The notes beneath the pieces were generated by a model. The model had not been told where the DNA came from. It saw only the letters and a list, made by a program, of their open reading frames with translations, and did no database searches. Shown in pieces: positions 55,759 through 64,000 of a stretch of DNA of 64,000 nucleotides (positions are counted from its first letter, which is position 1; the number at the start of each line of letters is the position of its first letter). A program made the translations under genes and the position numbers. Origin of the DNA: an uncultured Oscillospiraceae bacterium (GTDB lineage: Bacteria > Bacillota > Clostridia > Oscillospirales > Oscillospiraceae); the NCBI GenBank assembly GCA_944387845.1, contig CALXGH010000039.1, positions 14,930 through 78,929 on the forward strand, read 5' to 3'.

Positions 55759-55777
55759 TGGAAAGGAGAAATTTAAA

Positions 55778-56887
55778 ATGGCTGAATACGATTTCCGTGA
55801 TATCGCTGCTTTCGAAGGCGTATGGGTTTACTGCGAGCAGCGTCAGGGTACATTGGTACCTACCGACTTTGAACTTCTCTCCGAAGGCCGCAAGCTCGCA
55901 AACGAATATGGCTGCGAACTTACAGGCGTTCTTCTTGGCGACGGCATGACAGACGAGATGGCTAAAGAGCTTGCTGGCTACGGCGCAGACAACATCATGA
56001 TCTGCGATAGCCCGCTTCTCAAAGAGTACACAACAGACGCATATACAAAGGTTATCTGCGATCTTGTAAGAGAGTACAAGCCAGCCGTTCTTCTTATCGG
56101 CGCTTCCACAATCGGCCGCGACCTTGCACCACGTTGCGCAGCTCGTCTGCACACAGGTCTTACAGCCGATGCTACACATCTTGATGTTGACACAGCTGAG
56201 TACATTGAATTCCTGAAGACTTCTTCCTACCCAGGCTATGTTGAAAGCCAGAAGTTTGATATGGAAGACAGAAACCTGAAGATGACACGTCCTGCATTTG
56301 GCGGCCACCTTATGGCTACAATCATCTGCCCACGTTTCCGTCCTCAGATGTCCACAGTTCGTCCAGGCGTTCTTAAGAAAGCTCCTTTCGATCAGGCAAA
56401 GGCTGACGCTGTTAAGATCACACGTCCTGAGTTCTCTCTCACAGCAGAAGACTGCAAGACAGAGGTTCTCTCTGTTGAGAAAGCTGCAAAGAAGCTGGTT
56501 GACCTGTCCGGCGCTGACGTTATCGTTTCCGTTGGTCGTGGTATCGGCAAAGATGTAGAAAAGGGTATCGCTCTTGCTGAGCAGCTTGCAGAAGTTCTCG
56601 GCGGCGGCGTTGTAGGCGCTTCCCGTGCAGTTGTTGACTCCGGCTGGATCACAGCTGACCACCAGGTTGGCCAGACAGGTAAGACTGTTCGCCCGAAGAT
56701 CTATGTTGCCCTTGGTATTTCCGGCGCTATCCAGCACGTTGCTGGTATGCAGGACTCCGAGACAATTATCGCAGTTAACAAGAATGAAGATGCTCCTATC
56801 TTCGGCGTTGCTGACTACGGTATTTGCGGCGACCTCTTCAAAGTGGTTCCTGAGCTTATCAAGCAGATCGAACTTGCTAAGAAGTAA
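55778..56887 (+). CDS. etfA: Electron transfer flavoprotein subunit alpha
   Basis: C-terminal FAD motif YVALGISGAIQHVAGM. 369 aa. Confidence 0.93.
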   Translation: MAEYDFRDIAAFEGVWVYCEQRQGTLVPTDFELLSEGRKLANEYGCELTGVLLGDGMTDEMAKELAGYGADNIMICDSPLLKEYTTDAYTKVICDLVREYKPAVLLIGASTIGRDLAPRCAARLHTGLTADATHLDVDTAEYIEFLKTSSYPGYVESQKFDMEDRNLKMTRPAFGGHLMATIICPRFRPQMSTVRPGVLKKAPFDQAKADAVKITRPEFSLTAEDCKTEVLSVEKAAKKLVDLSGADVIVSVGRGIGKDVEKGIALAEQLAEVLGGGVVGASRAVVDSGWITADHQVGQTGKTVRPKIYVALGISGAIQHVAGMQDSETIIAVNKNEDAPIFGVADYGICGDLFKVVPELIKQIELAKK

Positions 56888-56913
56888 GTTACCTCTTACT
56901 TTGATTTATAAAA

Positions 56914-56949
56914 CCGCCCTGAAGGAAATTCCTTCAGGGCGGCTTTTTT
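56914..56949 (+). terminator. Rho-independent terminator of the butyryl-CoA operon
   Basis: CCGCCCTGAAGG (56914-56925), loop AAATT, CCTTCAGGGCGG (56931-56942), then CTTTTTT. Confidence 0.92.
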
Positions 56950-57099
56950 GCAATATTCTGGCAGAGCATAAATCTCTGCGCTTTTTCCGCTCAGCAATAT
57001 TTTAAATCTCTATTGCGGCTTTTCTGCTGTCCCTCCCACCATAGACCGCAAAGGGCTTTTAATTTTGCGAACTGTCCATGCCGGTTACAGCCAAACATA

Positions 57100-57408
57100 T
57101 TATATGGAAGTGTCTTCGTTTTTGAATTTCTTCTCTAAATAGCCGATCATTGCATTGGCGGCATTGAGATCCTTATCAATAAGTTTACACACAAATGGCA
57201 CCGCAATTTCAATGCTTGGGGCACGCATTACTGCCATCACAAGCTGTTCAGCGGTAAGTTGCGAAAGCAGCGCGTTAGCCGCCGCTATTTCCTCCGTGAT
57301 TTTTGCCTTTCGCTGTTTCAGAAATTCCGCCAGCAACGGGGAAACATCAACACTTACCTCTGTGTCAGGCTCCTGTTCAGTCTGTCCGAGATCGTTGTAT
57401 TCTGACAT
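57100..57408 (-). CDS. Small acidic hypothetical protein
   Basis: 102-aa ORF. SD-like GGAAGGGG upstream and an in-frame stop immediately 5' of the ATG. Predicted helical. No family recognised. Confidence 0.5.
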   Translation of the reverse strand: MSEYNDLGQTEQEPDTEVSVDVSPLLAEFLKQRKAKITEEIAAANALLSQLTAEQLVMAVMRAPSIEIAVPFVCKLIDKDLNAANAMIGYLEKKFKNEDTSI

Positions 57409-57804
57409 TTTTCATCCGCCCCTTCCCTCTTGTTTTTGCCCTCTCCGCCCCCGTATCCCACAGCGCACAAAACGGTTGTCCGGGAGGAACATATCCGCTG
57501 ACCGTATATCCGTCAGGGGCCTGCCCTCTGTAATCAAAAATCAACCGTTAAAAGATGGGGATATTTAAAAATTTGCGGGAAGGCGTCATATATCCGATTT
57601 CCCACAAAAGTATAGCACAGACCGCCGCCCCCCGGCAATCTTTAATCCGCCGTCTGAGGCCGCAGCCACTCACATTCGCCTGCGCCAGGGGAACCTGGGG
57701 CTTGTATTCCGGCGGCATCGGCGGAAGGCTGCCCGGCGGGACCCTCCGCAGAGTATGGCAAAATACGGTAAAGTGTTATATAATCATCTTCGTGAGGTGA
57801 GAAA

Positions 57805-58491
57805 ATGCACATTCCTTCAGCATGTACCCAGGATATAGATATCCTGACCTTTGACCAAGCCCTAAATTCCATTCCTGATAAAGATTACGACGAGAAGAAG
57901 TGGATATACGTCCCTGCCTCATACTCGGAATACAGGTATATACTCGGCACCAGGGGTGAAAATCCTCTTATCTGTATCGGTATAAACCCATCCACAGCGG
58001 AGCCTGATAACCTTGACAACACCCTGAAAAGCGTTGAGCGCATAGCCGCCTATAATGGCTATGACAGCTTTATTATGTTCAATGTGTACCCTCAGCGGGC
58101 TACAAATCCCGATGATATGGATAGGGAAATGAACTGTCTGCTCCATGATGAAAATCTGAAAGCATTTCGCTACATACTCTCCCTTTACTCTTCAGGCCGC
58201 CATCCAGCTATCTGGGCATCCTGGGGAAATCTTATTGAAAAACGGCCGTACCTTGTGGACATGGTCATGGACATGATAGATGTGGGTAAGCAGTATGGCG
58301 CTGTATGGTACAGCTGTGGAAAGATATCAAGGCGCGGTCATCCCCACCATCCCCTCTATCTCAAACGGGACACTGTTCCTGAGGTTTTTGATATAGAAAG
58401 CTACTGCTGTATGGTCAAAAACCTTTGCAAAAAAAGTATCGTCAGAAAAAAGAATAACGAAGATCGGACCGGTTTGGAGATCACAATCTGA
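57805..58491 (+). CDS. DUF1643 domain-containing protein
   Basis: LICIGINPSTAEPDNLDNTL...YDSFIMFNVYPQRATNPDDM and GHPHHPLY resemble the DUF1643 family pattern. SD GAGGTGAG 5 nt before the ATG. Confidence 0.7.
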   Translation: MHIPSACTQDIDILTFDQALNSIPDKDYDEKKWIYVPASYSEYRYILGTRGENPLICIGINPSTAEPDNLDNTLKSVERIAAYNGYDSFIMFNVYPQRATNPDDMDREMNCLLHDENLKAFRYILSLYSSGRHPAIWASWGNLIEKRPYLVDMVMDMIDVGKQYGAVWYSCGKISRRGHPHHPLYLKRDTVPEVFDIESYCCMVKNLCKKSIVRKKNNEDRTGLEITI

Positions 58492-58560
58492 CTTTTCCAC
58501 TTGCGAGTTCATTTTATCAAATTTATTTTTGTATAAAGACAAAATTTTAGAGGTAAAAAT

Positions 58561-59034
58561 ATGATAAACACAACTTTGTGCTATATTGAAAAAGACGGGA
58601 AGTACCTTATGCTCCACAGGATCAAAAAGAAAAATGACTTAAATCATGATAAATGGATTGGTGTGGGCGGAAAATTTATAGATAAGGAGAGCCCTGAGGA
58701 CTGCCTTATAAGAGAAACTCTTGAGGAGACAGGCCTTACTCTTACAGACTATGAGTACAGGGGCATTGTTACTTTCATCTCAGATATGTACGAGACGGAA
58801 TATATGCACCTTTTCAAGGCCACCGGGTTTTCAGGGCAGATTAAAGAATGCGACGAGGGTGTCTTGGAGTGGATAGAAAAGGACAAACTCCGCTCAATTC
58901 CACAATGGGAGGGGGACAAAATCTTTTTGGACCTTCTAGACAAAGATGTTCCCTTTTTTTCTCTAAAGCTCCAGTATGAGGGGGATCTCCTCCGTCTAGC
59001 TGTTTTAAATGGAAAAGTGCTTATAAAACGATAA
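58561..59034 (+). CDS. NUDIX hydrolase, MutT/8-oxo-dGTP diphosphatase-like
   Basis: Complete Nudix box GGKFIDKESPEDCLIRETLEETGL (GX5EX7REUXEEXGU). 157 aa. Confidence 0.85.
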   Translation: MINTTLCYIEKDGKYLMLHRIKKKNDLNHDKWIGVGGKFIDKESPEDCLIRETLEETGLTLTDYEYRGIVTFISDMYETEYMHLFKATGFSGQIKECDEGVLEWIEKDKLRSIPQWEGDKIFLDLLDKDVPFFSLKLQYEGDLLRLAVLNGKVLIKR

Positions 59035-59057
59035 AATTACATAAAATGCCTATAAAC

Positions 59058-59101
59058 GGGGAGAATAAGCGGGAAGTCTTATTCTCCCCTCTTACTTTCT
59101 T
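59058..59101 (+). terminator. Rho-independent terminator after the Nudix gene
   Basis: GGGGAGAATAAG (59058-59069), 8-nt loop, CTTATTCTCCCC (59078-59089), then a T-rich tail. Confidence 0.8.
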
Positions 59102-59126
59102 GGGGTCCCTAGGCCCTTAAAAGGGG

Positions 59127-59155
59127 TTGCAATTTCCATGTCTTTGCATTAAAAT
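59127..59155 (+). promoter_or_regulatory. Sigma-A promoter of the peptide/nickel-type ABC operon
   Basis: TTGCAA (59127-59132), 17 nt spacer, TAAAAT (59150-59155). Confidence 0.6.
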
Positions 59156-59234
59156 GAGTCCGACAATTTAATAATGGGAGAATAAGTTATTTAGTTGTAA
59201 CTCCGTTTTAAAAAACGGTGGAAGGAGAATAGCA

Positions 59235-60773
59235 ATGACAAAACGTTTCTTTGCAGTTTTCCTGGCGGCGGTATTGCTTGCGAGCTTACTTAGCGGATGC
59301 TTTGGAGCAACGGATAAGGATAACGGCGCCAGCGACGGAACTGATTCTTCCCGAGCAGCAGCCAACGAAATTGCAGTTGGCATAGCTCAGGACCTGGATA
59401 ATAGTCTTGACCCGTACCAGATGACGGCAGCAGGAACTAGAGAGGTCATGTTTAATGTCTTTGAAGGGCTTGTAAAGCCTGACTCAGACGGCAACTATGT
59501 CTGCGCGGTAGCTTCTGATTATAAAGTATCAGAAGACGGCCTGACTTATACATTCACCCTCCGGGACAATGTTGTGTTCCATAACGGAGAAGGGTGTACC
59601 GCAGACGATGTAATCTACTCTTTTGAAACCTGTGCCGAAACCTCGATTACTTCATCCGTGGTCTCGGCACTTTCTGCTATTGAGGATATTTCCGCAGATG
59701 GAAACACCATTACAATAGTATTAAACGCTCCTAACCCGGATTTCATCAGCTATGTGTCCAGCGTCTATATAGTACCCGCTGACTATACTGAGCAGGAAAC
59801 AAAACCTGTTGGTACCGGCCCGTTCAAGTTTGTATCAAGAAGCGTTCAGGAGAATATCGTCCTTGAGCGCAATGATGACTACTACGGAGAAAAAGCAAGC
59901 CTCAGTAAGGTAACCTATAAGATCTATGAGGACTCCAACGCTCTGTTCACCGCTTTAAACAGCGGCGCCCTTGATCTTGTGGCCCACCTTACTATTGACC
60001 AGGTAAACAATCTCTCAAACGGCTACAACGTACTTGAGGGTACTATGAACCTCGTTCAGGCGGTATATCTCAATAACGACTTTGAGCCATTTAAGGACGA
60101 GAGAGTTCGCCAGGCACTGTGTTATGCTGTTGATGTAGATGCTGTACTTGACCTCACAGCTGAGGGCCACGGCACCAAGGTAGGTTCATCCATGTATCCG
60201 GCATTCGGCAAGTACTTTGATGAGAGCCTTGCTGACGCTTATCCATACGATGTAGAAAAGGCCAAAGAGCTTCTGGCGGAATCCGGCTATGAAAATGGCT
60301 TCGATCTTACCATCACAGTACCAAGCAATTATCAGCCCCATATTGATACTGCGGCTGTTATCGTTGAGCAGTTTAAAGCTGTCGGTATAAACGCCACAAT
60401 AAAGCAGGTTGACTGGAATACATGGCTTACAGACGTTTATGGAAACCGTGATTTTGAGGCCACAGTCTGTGGTTTCGACGCTAGCGTTTTGAACGCCAGC
60501 GCTATGCTCGCTCGCTGGGTCAGCGACAATGACAAGAACATGATAAACTACTCCAACGAGGAGTATGACGAGACCTTCGCAGCCGCCCAGTCTACAACCG
60601 ATGAGGCAGAACAGACCGCACTGTATAAGCGCTGCCTGGAGATTCTGTCTGAGACAGCGGCAAACGTCTATCTCCAGGACCTTGCAGACTTTGTGGCAAT
60701 CAACCCGAACCTTGAGGGCTTTGAGTTCTATCCACTCTATGTCATCGACATGTCTAAACTATCCTACAAATAA
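59235..60773 (+). CDS. ABC transporter substrate-binding lipoprotein, family 5 (peptide/nickel, Opp/Dpp type)
   Basis: Lipobox LLSGCFG. 512 aa with family-5 layout (VTYTFTLRDNVVFHNG-like motif LTYTFTLRDNVVFHNG). Confidence 0.88.
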   Translation: MTKRFFAVFLAAVLLASLLSGCFGATDKDNGASDGTDSSRAAANEIAVGIAQDLDNSLDPYQMTAAGTREVMFNVFEGLVKPDSDGNYVCAVASDYKVSEDGLTYTFTLRDNVVFHNGEGCTADDVIYSFETCAETSITSSVVSALSAIEDISADGNTITIVLNAPNPDFISYVSSVYIVPADYTEQETKPVGTGPFKFVSRSVQENIVLERNDDYYGEKASLSKVTYKIYEDSNALFTALNSGALDLVAHLTIDQVNNLSNGYNVLEGTMNLVQAVYLNNDFEPFKDERVRQALCYAVDVDAVLDLTAEGHGTKVGSSMYPAFGKYFDESLADAYPYDVEKAKELLAESGYENGFDLTITVPSNYQPHIDTAAVIVEQFKAVGINATIKQVDWNTWLTDVYGNRDFEATVCGFDASVLNASAMLARWVSDNDKNMINYSNEEYDETFAAAQSTTDEAEQTALYKRCLEILSETAANVYLQDLADFVAINPNLEGFEFYPLYVIDMSKLSYK

Positions 60774-60797
60774 TTAAAATGAAAGGAGGGCGGGGAA

Positions 60798-61739
60798 ATG
60801 AGGTATTTTATTAAAAAATTTAGCACTCTCATTATTACATTGTTCATCATTTCACTCCTCGCCTTCCTTGCTTTCCAGATAATCCCCGGGGACCCTGTTA
60901 CACAGATGCTGGGTACAGAGGCAACGGAATCGGCAAAAGAGGCGCTCCGTGAGCAGCTGGGTCTGAACAGGCCTGTGCTCGTCCGATACTTTGACTGGCT
61001 TTTAAGCTTTATCAGAGGCGATTTCGGAATGAGCTACAATTATCGTATGCCGGTAGGCGAAATGCTCGCAGACAAGCTTCCTATAACTATGATGCTCACA
61101 GGACTGTCATTTCTCTTTACAGTGGTCTTTTCCATACCTATTGGAATCCTGGCAGGCAGCGCAAAGAGCAAAAAGTCAGACGTAGCTATCACATCTGTAA
61201 ACCAGATGGTAATGAGCATACCGGCGTTTTTCATCGGCATACTGGCCTGCTACGTTTTCGGCAATATCTTCCGTGTATTCATACCCGGAAATTTTGTATC
61301 ATATACCGTAAGCTGGAGTCAGTTTTTAGGGTATATGATCTTCCCTGCCCTGTCCATTGCCATACCACGTATTGCGATGACGGTACGAATGCTCAGAAGC
61401 TCCATACATACTGAACTGGAAAAAGACTATGTCCGGACAGCCAGAAGCCGTGGAAACAGCTACAGGTCCATTATGATGCGCCATGTGCTGCAAAACGCCC
61501 TTATCCCCGTCATAACCTTCCTTGCCGTCTCAGCGGCAGAGATAATGACAGGCAGTATCGTAATAGAACAAGTCTTTGCCATCCCTGGCATAAGCCGACT
61601 TCTGCTGACCAGCATAACAGGCAGGGACTACCCTGTTGTTCAGGCAATAGTGGTTATAATCGCCGCCTGGATAGTTATCGTAAACTTTATAGCGGATCTG
61701 CTATATCAGCTTGCCGATCCCAGAATACGCATGCAGTAA
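60798..61739 (+). CDS. ABC transporter permease (OppB/DppB type)
   Basis: 313 aa. N-terminal MRYFIKKFSTLIITLF. EAA-like loop DYVRTARSRGNS. Confidence 0.9.
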   Translation: MRYFIKKFSTLIITLFIISLLAFLAFQIIPGDPVTQMLGTEATESAKEALREQLGLNRPVLVRYFDWLLSFIRGDFGMSYNYRMPVGEMLADKLPITMMLTGLSFLFTVVFSIPIGILAGSAKSKKSDVAITSVNQMVMSIPAFFIGILACYVFGNIFRVFIPGNFVSYTVSWSQFLGYMIFPALSIAIPRIAMTVRMLRSSIHTELEKDYVRTARSRGNSYRSIMMRHVLQNALIPVITFLAVSAAEIMTGSIVIEQVFAIPGISRLLLTSITGRDYPVVQAIVVIIAAWIVIVNFIADLLYQLADPRIRMQ

Positions 61740-61754
61740 GGGAGGCGGGAAGTT

Positions 61755-62558
61755 TTGAAAAAAGGCAATCTGTTTTTATACATTGGCGGCGCAATCAGCG
61801 CCATAATGTCATTTCTAATAATTTTAGGCTATTTCTGGACCCCGTACAGCCCTACGGCAATGAATGTGGGCGCAAAATTCCAAGCTCCCAGCCTTGAACA
61901 CCTTATGGGTACAGATAATTTCGGCAGGGATATATTCAGCCGTGTTATCGATGGAGCCGGAACCACTTTCTTCATCGCTGTCAGCGTTGTGGCCATAGGC
62001 TGCGCCTTGGGCATATTAATCGGCAGTTTGTGCGGCTATTACGGCGGTCTCCCAGATATAATCTTAACGAGAATCTGCGACTCTATAACCGCGTTTCCAT
62101 CTTTCCTGCTGGCCCTTGTAATAATCAGCATAATGGGCAGCGGAAAATATAATATTATATTCGCTTTAGGTATTCTGTTCATACCGAGTTTCGCCCGTAT
62201 CGTGAGAAGTGAGTTCGCAAGATACAGGGATTTAAATTATATAAAAAGCGCCCGATTGATGGGCGCCGGGTCTTTTCGGATAATGTTCAGGCATATTCTG
62301 CCCAACACCTTCCCAGTGCTTCTGTCAGCTATAACCATAGGCTTCAATAACGCTGTACTCAGTGAGGCCAGCATGAGCTTTTTAAGTATCGGTATCCAGC
62401 CACCTGACGCAAGTCTCGGCTCCATGCTCAGCGACAGCCAGATCTATCTCGGCAGCGCCCCATGGTACGCTTTGGGAACCGGCGCTGTGATAATTCTTTT
62501 GATTTTGGGGTTTAGCCTATTGAGCGAAGGACTCCAGAGAATGAGCAAAAACGGATAA
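61755..62558 (+). CDS. ABC transporter permease (OppC/DppC type)
   Basis: 267 aa. HLMGTDNFGRDIFSR motif. TTG start after GGGAGG. Confidence 0.9.
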   Translation: MKKGNLFLYIGGAISAIMSFLIILGYFWTPYSPTAMNVGAKFQAPSLEHLMGTDNFGRDIFSRVIDGAGTTFFIAVSVVAIGCALGILIGSLCGYYGGLPDIILTRICDSITAFPSFLLALVIISIMGSGKYNIIFALGILFIPSFARIVRSEFARYRDLNYIKSARLMGAGSFRIMFRHILPNTFPVLLSAITIGFNNAVLSEASMSFLSIGIQPPDASLGSMLSDSQIYLGSAPWYALGTGAVIILLILGFSLLSEGLQRMSKNG

Positions 62559-62568
62559 GGAGAGCGCC

Positions 62569-63369
62569 ATGGCAGATATGTTGAATGTAAAGGACTTAAA
62601 AGTCCATTTTCATAACGCCCCGGAAGAAAAGTTTGCTGTAAACGGCGTAAGTTTTTCCGTAAAAGAGGGTGAAATATTAGGTCTTGTTGGTGAGAGCGGT
62701 AGCGGAAAGACCGTTACAGCCATGAGCATAAGCGGCCTTCTTCCCAAGAACAGGGCTGACTTTTTCGGCAGCATTACCCTTGACGGCAGCGAGATCTTTC
62801 AGTGTAGTGAAAAAGAGATACTTAGCATTTTAGGTGATAAGCTGGGCATAGTTTTTCAGGAGCCCATGACAAGCATGAATCCAGTAATGCGTATTGGCCC
62901 TCAGATAGAGGAAGCTTTGCGTGTCCACACAAATCTCTCTAAAGATGAACGGCGTCAGCGCGCCCTTGAGGCAATGGCTCAGGCGGAACTGGGTGAGCCG
63001 GAAAAAGTATATAAAAAATACCCCCATGAGCTGTCGGGCGGTATGCTTCAGAGGGCTATGATCGCAGCGGCCATAATTTCCCGGCCGAAGCTTCTTCTGG
63101 CAGATGAACCCACAACAGCTCTTGATGTTACTATACAGGCGGAAATACTATCCCTTTTAAGACGGCTCAACATGGAGCATAATATGGCAATTCTTCTGAT
63201 CAGCCATGATCTGCACGTTGTGCGCCGGCTCTGCAGCCGGGTTGCTGTAATGCAGCAGGGCAAAATTGTTGAGGAGGGGCTGGTTGAGGATATTTTCAAA
63301 AATCCGCAACATCCTTACACCAAAAAACTTCTTGATGCAATACCTACAAGGGATAGAAAACTTATATGA
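62569..63369 (+). CDS. ABC transporter ATP-binding protein (OppD/DppD type)
   Basis: Walker A GESGSGKT, signature LSGGMLQR, Walker [13 protein letters not shown]. Confidence 0.92.
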   Translation: MADMLNVKDLKVHFHNAPEEKFAVNGVSFSVKEGEILGLVGESGSGKTVTAMSISGLLPKNRADFFGSITLDGSEIFQCSEKEILSILGDKLGIVFQEPMTSMNPVMRIGPQIEEALRVHTNLSKDERRQRALEAMAQAELGEPEKVYKKYPHELSGGMLQRAMIAAAIISRPKLLLADEPTTALDVTIQAEILSLLRRLNMEHNMAILLISHDLHVVRRLCSRVAVMQQGKIVEEGLVEDIFKNPQHPYTKKLLDAIPTRDRKLI

Positions 63370-63383
63370 CAGGAGGCGGGGCT

Positions 63384-64000
63384 ATGGAACCGGTACTTGA
63401 AGTGCGAAATCTCAACACATATTATACCGAAGGCCGCTCCCTGTTCGGCCAGAAGGGCCGCCGGCACCAGGTGCTCAAAGACGTCTCCTTTACAATAGGC
63501 CAGGGAGAGATCGTTGGCCTTGTTGGCGAGAGCGGCAGCGGTAAAACTACCCTTGCTAGGACAATACTGGGCTTTGTAAACGACTATGAAGGACAGATAA
63601 TACATCATTCAGACCGGCCTCAGATGGTCTTTCAAGACCCATTTGGCAGTCTGAACCCCTCTTTTACCATAGGAAAAATACTTGAAGAGCCTCTTATAAT
63701 CAAAGGTGGCTACACTGCCGCCCAGAGAAAAGACGAGGTGTATGAAATGCTCAGGCAGGTAGGTCTAGATGAGAGCTACGCGGAGCGTATGCCGAATGAG
63801 CTGTCAGGCGGCCAGAGACAGAGAGTGTCTATCGCCAGCGCTGTCATAACAAAGCCGAAACTTGTAATAGCCGACGAGCCGGTAAGTGCTCTTGACGTTA
63901 CCATACAGGCTCAGATTTTGAGGCTTTTAGTTGACCTTAAAAAGAAATATGACCTGAGCTATCTTTTTATCAGCCACGATCTCAATGTAGTCTATCAGAT
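63384..64000 (+). CDS. ABC transporter ATP-binding protein (OppF/DppF type), 3'-partial at the window edge
   Basis: Not in the ORF table because no stop is reached. ATG at 63384 after AGGAGG. My translation gives [10 protein letters not shown]...GESGSGKTT...[12 protein letters not shown]...[12 protein letters not shown]. Confidence 0.88.
   Translation, partial: MEPVLEVRNLNTYYTEGRSLFGQKGRRHQVLKDVSFTIGQGEIVGLVGESGSGKTTLARTILGFVNDYEGQIIHHSDRPQMVFQDPFGSLNPSFTIGKILEEPLIIKGGYTAAQRKDEVYEMLRQVGLDESYAERMPNELSGGQRQRVSIASAVITKPKLVIADEPVSALDVTIQAQILRLLVDLKKKYDLSYLFISHDLNVVYQ

Noticed and set aside
50768-56737. Near full-length antisense ORFs opposite every gene of the butyryl-CoA operon: 50768-51955 (395 aa), 51912-52664, 52909-53724, 53746-54381, 54979-55749, 55736-56737.
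   Set aside because: Their translations are low-complexity and Cys/Ser/Val-rich, with no SD and no family resemblance. They overlap unmistakable thl/crt/hbd/bcd/etfBA genes in codon register. This is the expected by-product of strong codon bias: avoiding TTA/CTA/TCA removes antisense stops.
57555-57872. ORFs inside the GC-rich spacer (57555-57800 plus strand, 81 aa; 57642-57872 minus strand, 76 aa).
   Set aside because: They overlap each other. They lack SD sequences and translate to Arg/Gly/Pro/Ala low-complexity strings. The minus-strand ORF also runs antisense into the DUF1643 start.
59058-59233. Three copies of GGAGAATA(A)G, at 59060-59069, 59177-59186 and 59224-59233.
   Set aside because: The first is the terminator stem and the last is the SD of the ABC binding-protein gene. 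The 8-10-nt purine-rich repeat could be coincidental, and no pairing partner suggests an anti-SD switch.

Overview
This window looks like a core chromosomal segment of a spore-forming, butyrate-producing Firmicute of class Clostridia; the exact taxon cannot be proven from the sequence. I support about 62 protein genes, one initiator tRNA, and a set of sigma-A promoters, operators and rho-independent terminators. There is no rRNA, CRISPR array, transposase, integrase or recognisable defence system. Main blocks: (1) 5'-partial YhaN-like ATPase, nitroreductase, guaB, spoVAD-spoVAE, ogg and pyruvate carboxylase. (2) A divergent zinc-ribbon/XRE pair, then the canonical minus-strand block gdpP-rplI-dnaB-tilS-hpt-ftsH. 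(3) A nucleotidyltransferase/phosphohexomutase-like fusion, an orphan amino-acid-binding lipoprotein next to asnS, a spoVK-like gene, holB and ricT(yaaT). (4) tRNA-fMet, then a small accessory-looking stretch: a Cys-rich two-repeat protein followed by a degraded Mrp/Mnh-like antiporter locus. (5) thiN plus a stand-alone radical SAM/SPASM gene, an AIM24-family gene, the zur-znuACB operon, a MATE transporter, an esterase, PadR-DUF2812, spoVT, a lipoprotein, an AraM-like glycerol-1-phosphate dehydrogenase, ktrBA, a macro-domain gene and pncA. (6) The full butyrate pathway: but (CoA-transferase), coaD, thl-crt-hbd-bcd-etfB-etfA. (7) A small acidic ORF, a GC-rich non-coding spacer, DUF1643, Nudix, and an Opp/Dpp-type ABC importer that runs off the window. 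I did not find a clear new multi-gene system. The observations most worth follow-up are: an in-frame TAG splitting the essential tilS gene; a circularly permuted orphan substrate-binding lipoprotein apparently co-transcribed with asnS; a Cys-rich internally duplicated small protein bracketed by two homologous terminators just 3' of tRNA-fMet; several independent lesions in the Mrp-like locus; a phosphohexomutase-like domain with three catalytic motifs degenerate; a radical SAM/SPASM gene coupled to thiN with no visible substrate; and an unexplained 396-bp GC-rich spacer. All protein family calls come from motif recognition and memory of the families, not from database searches.
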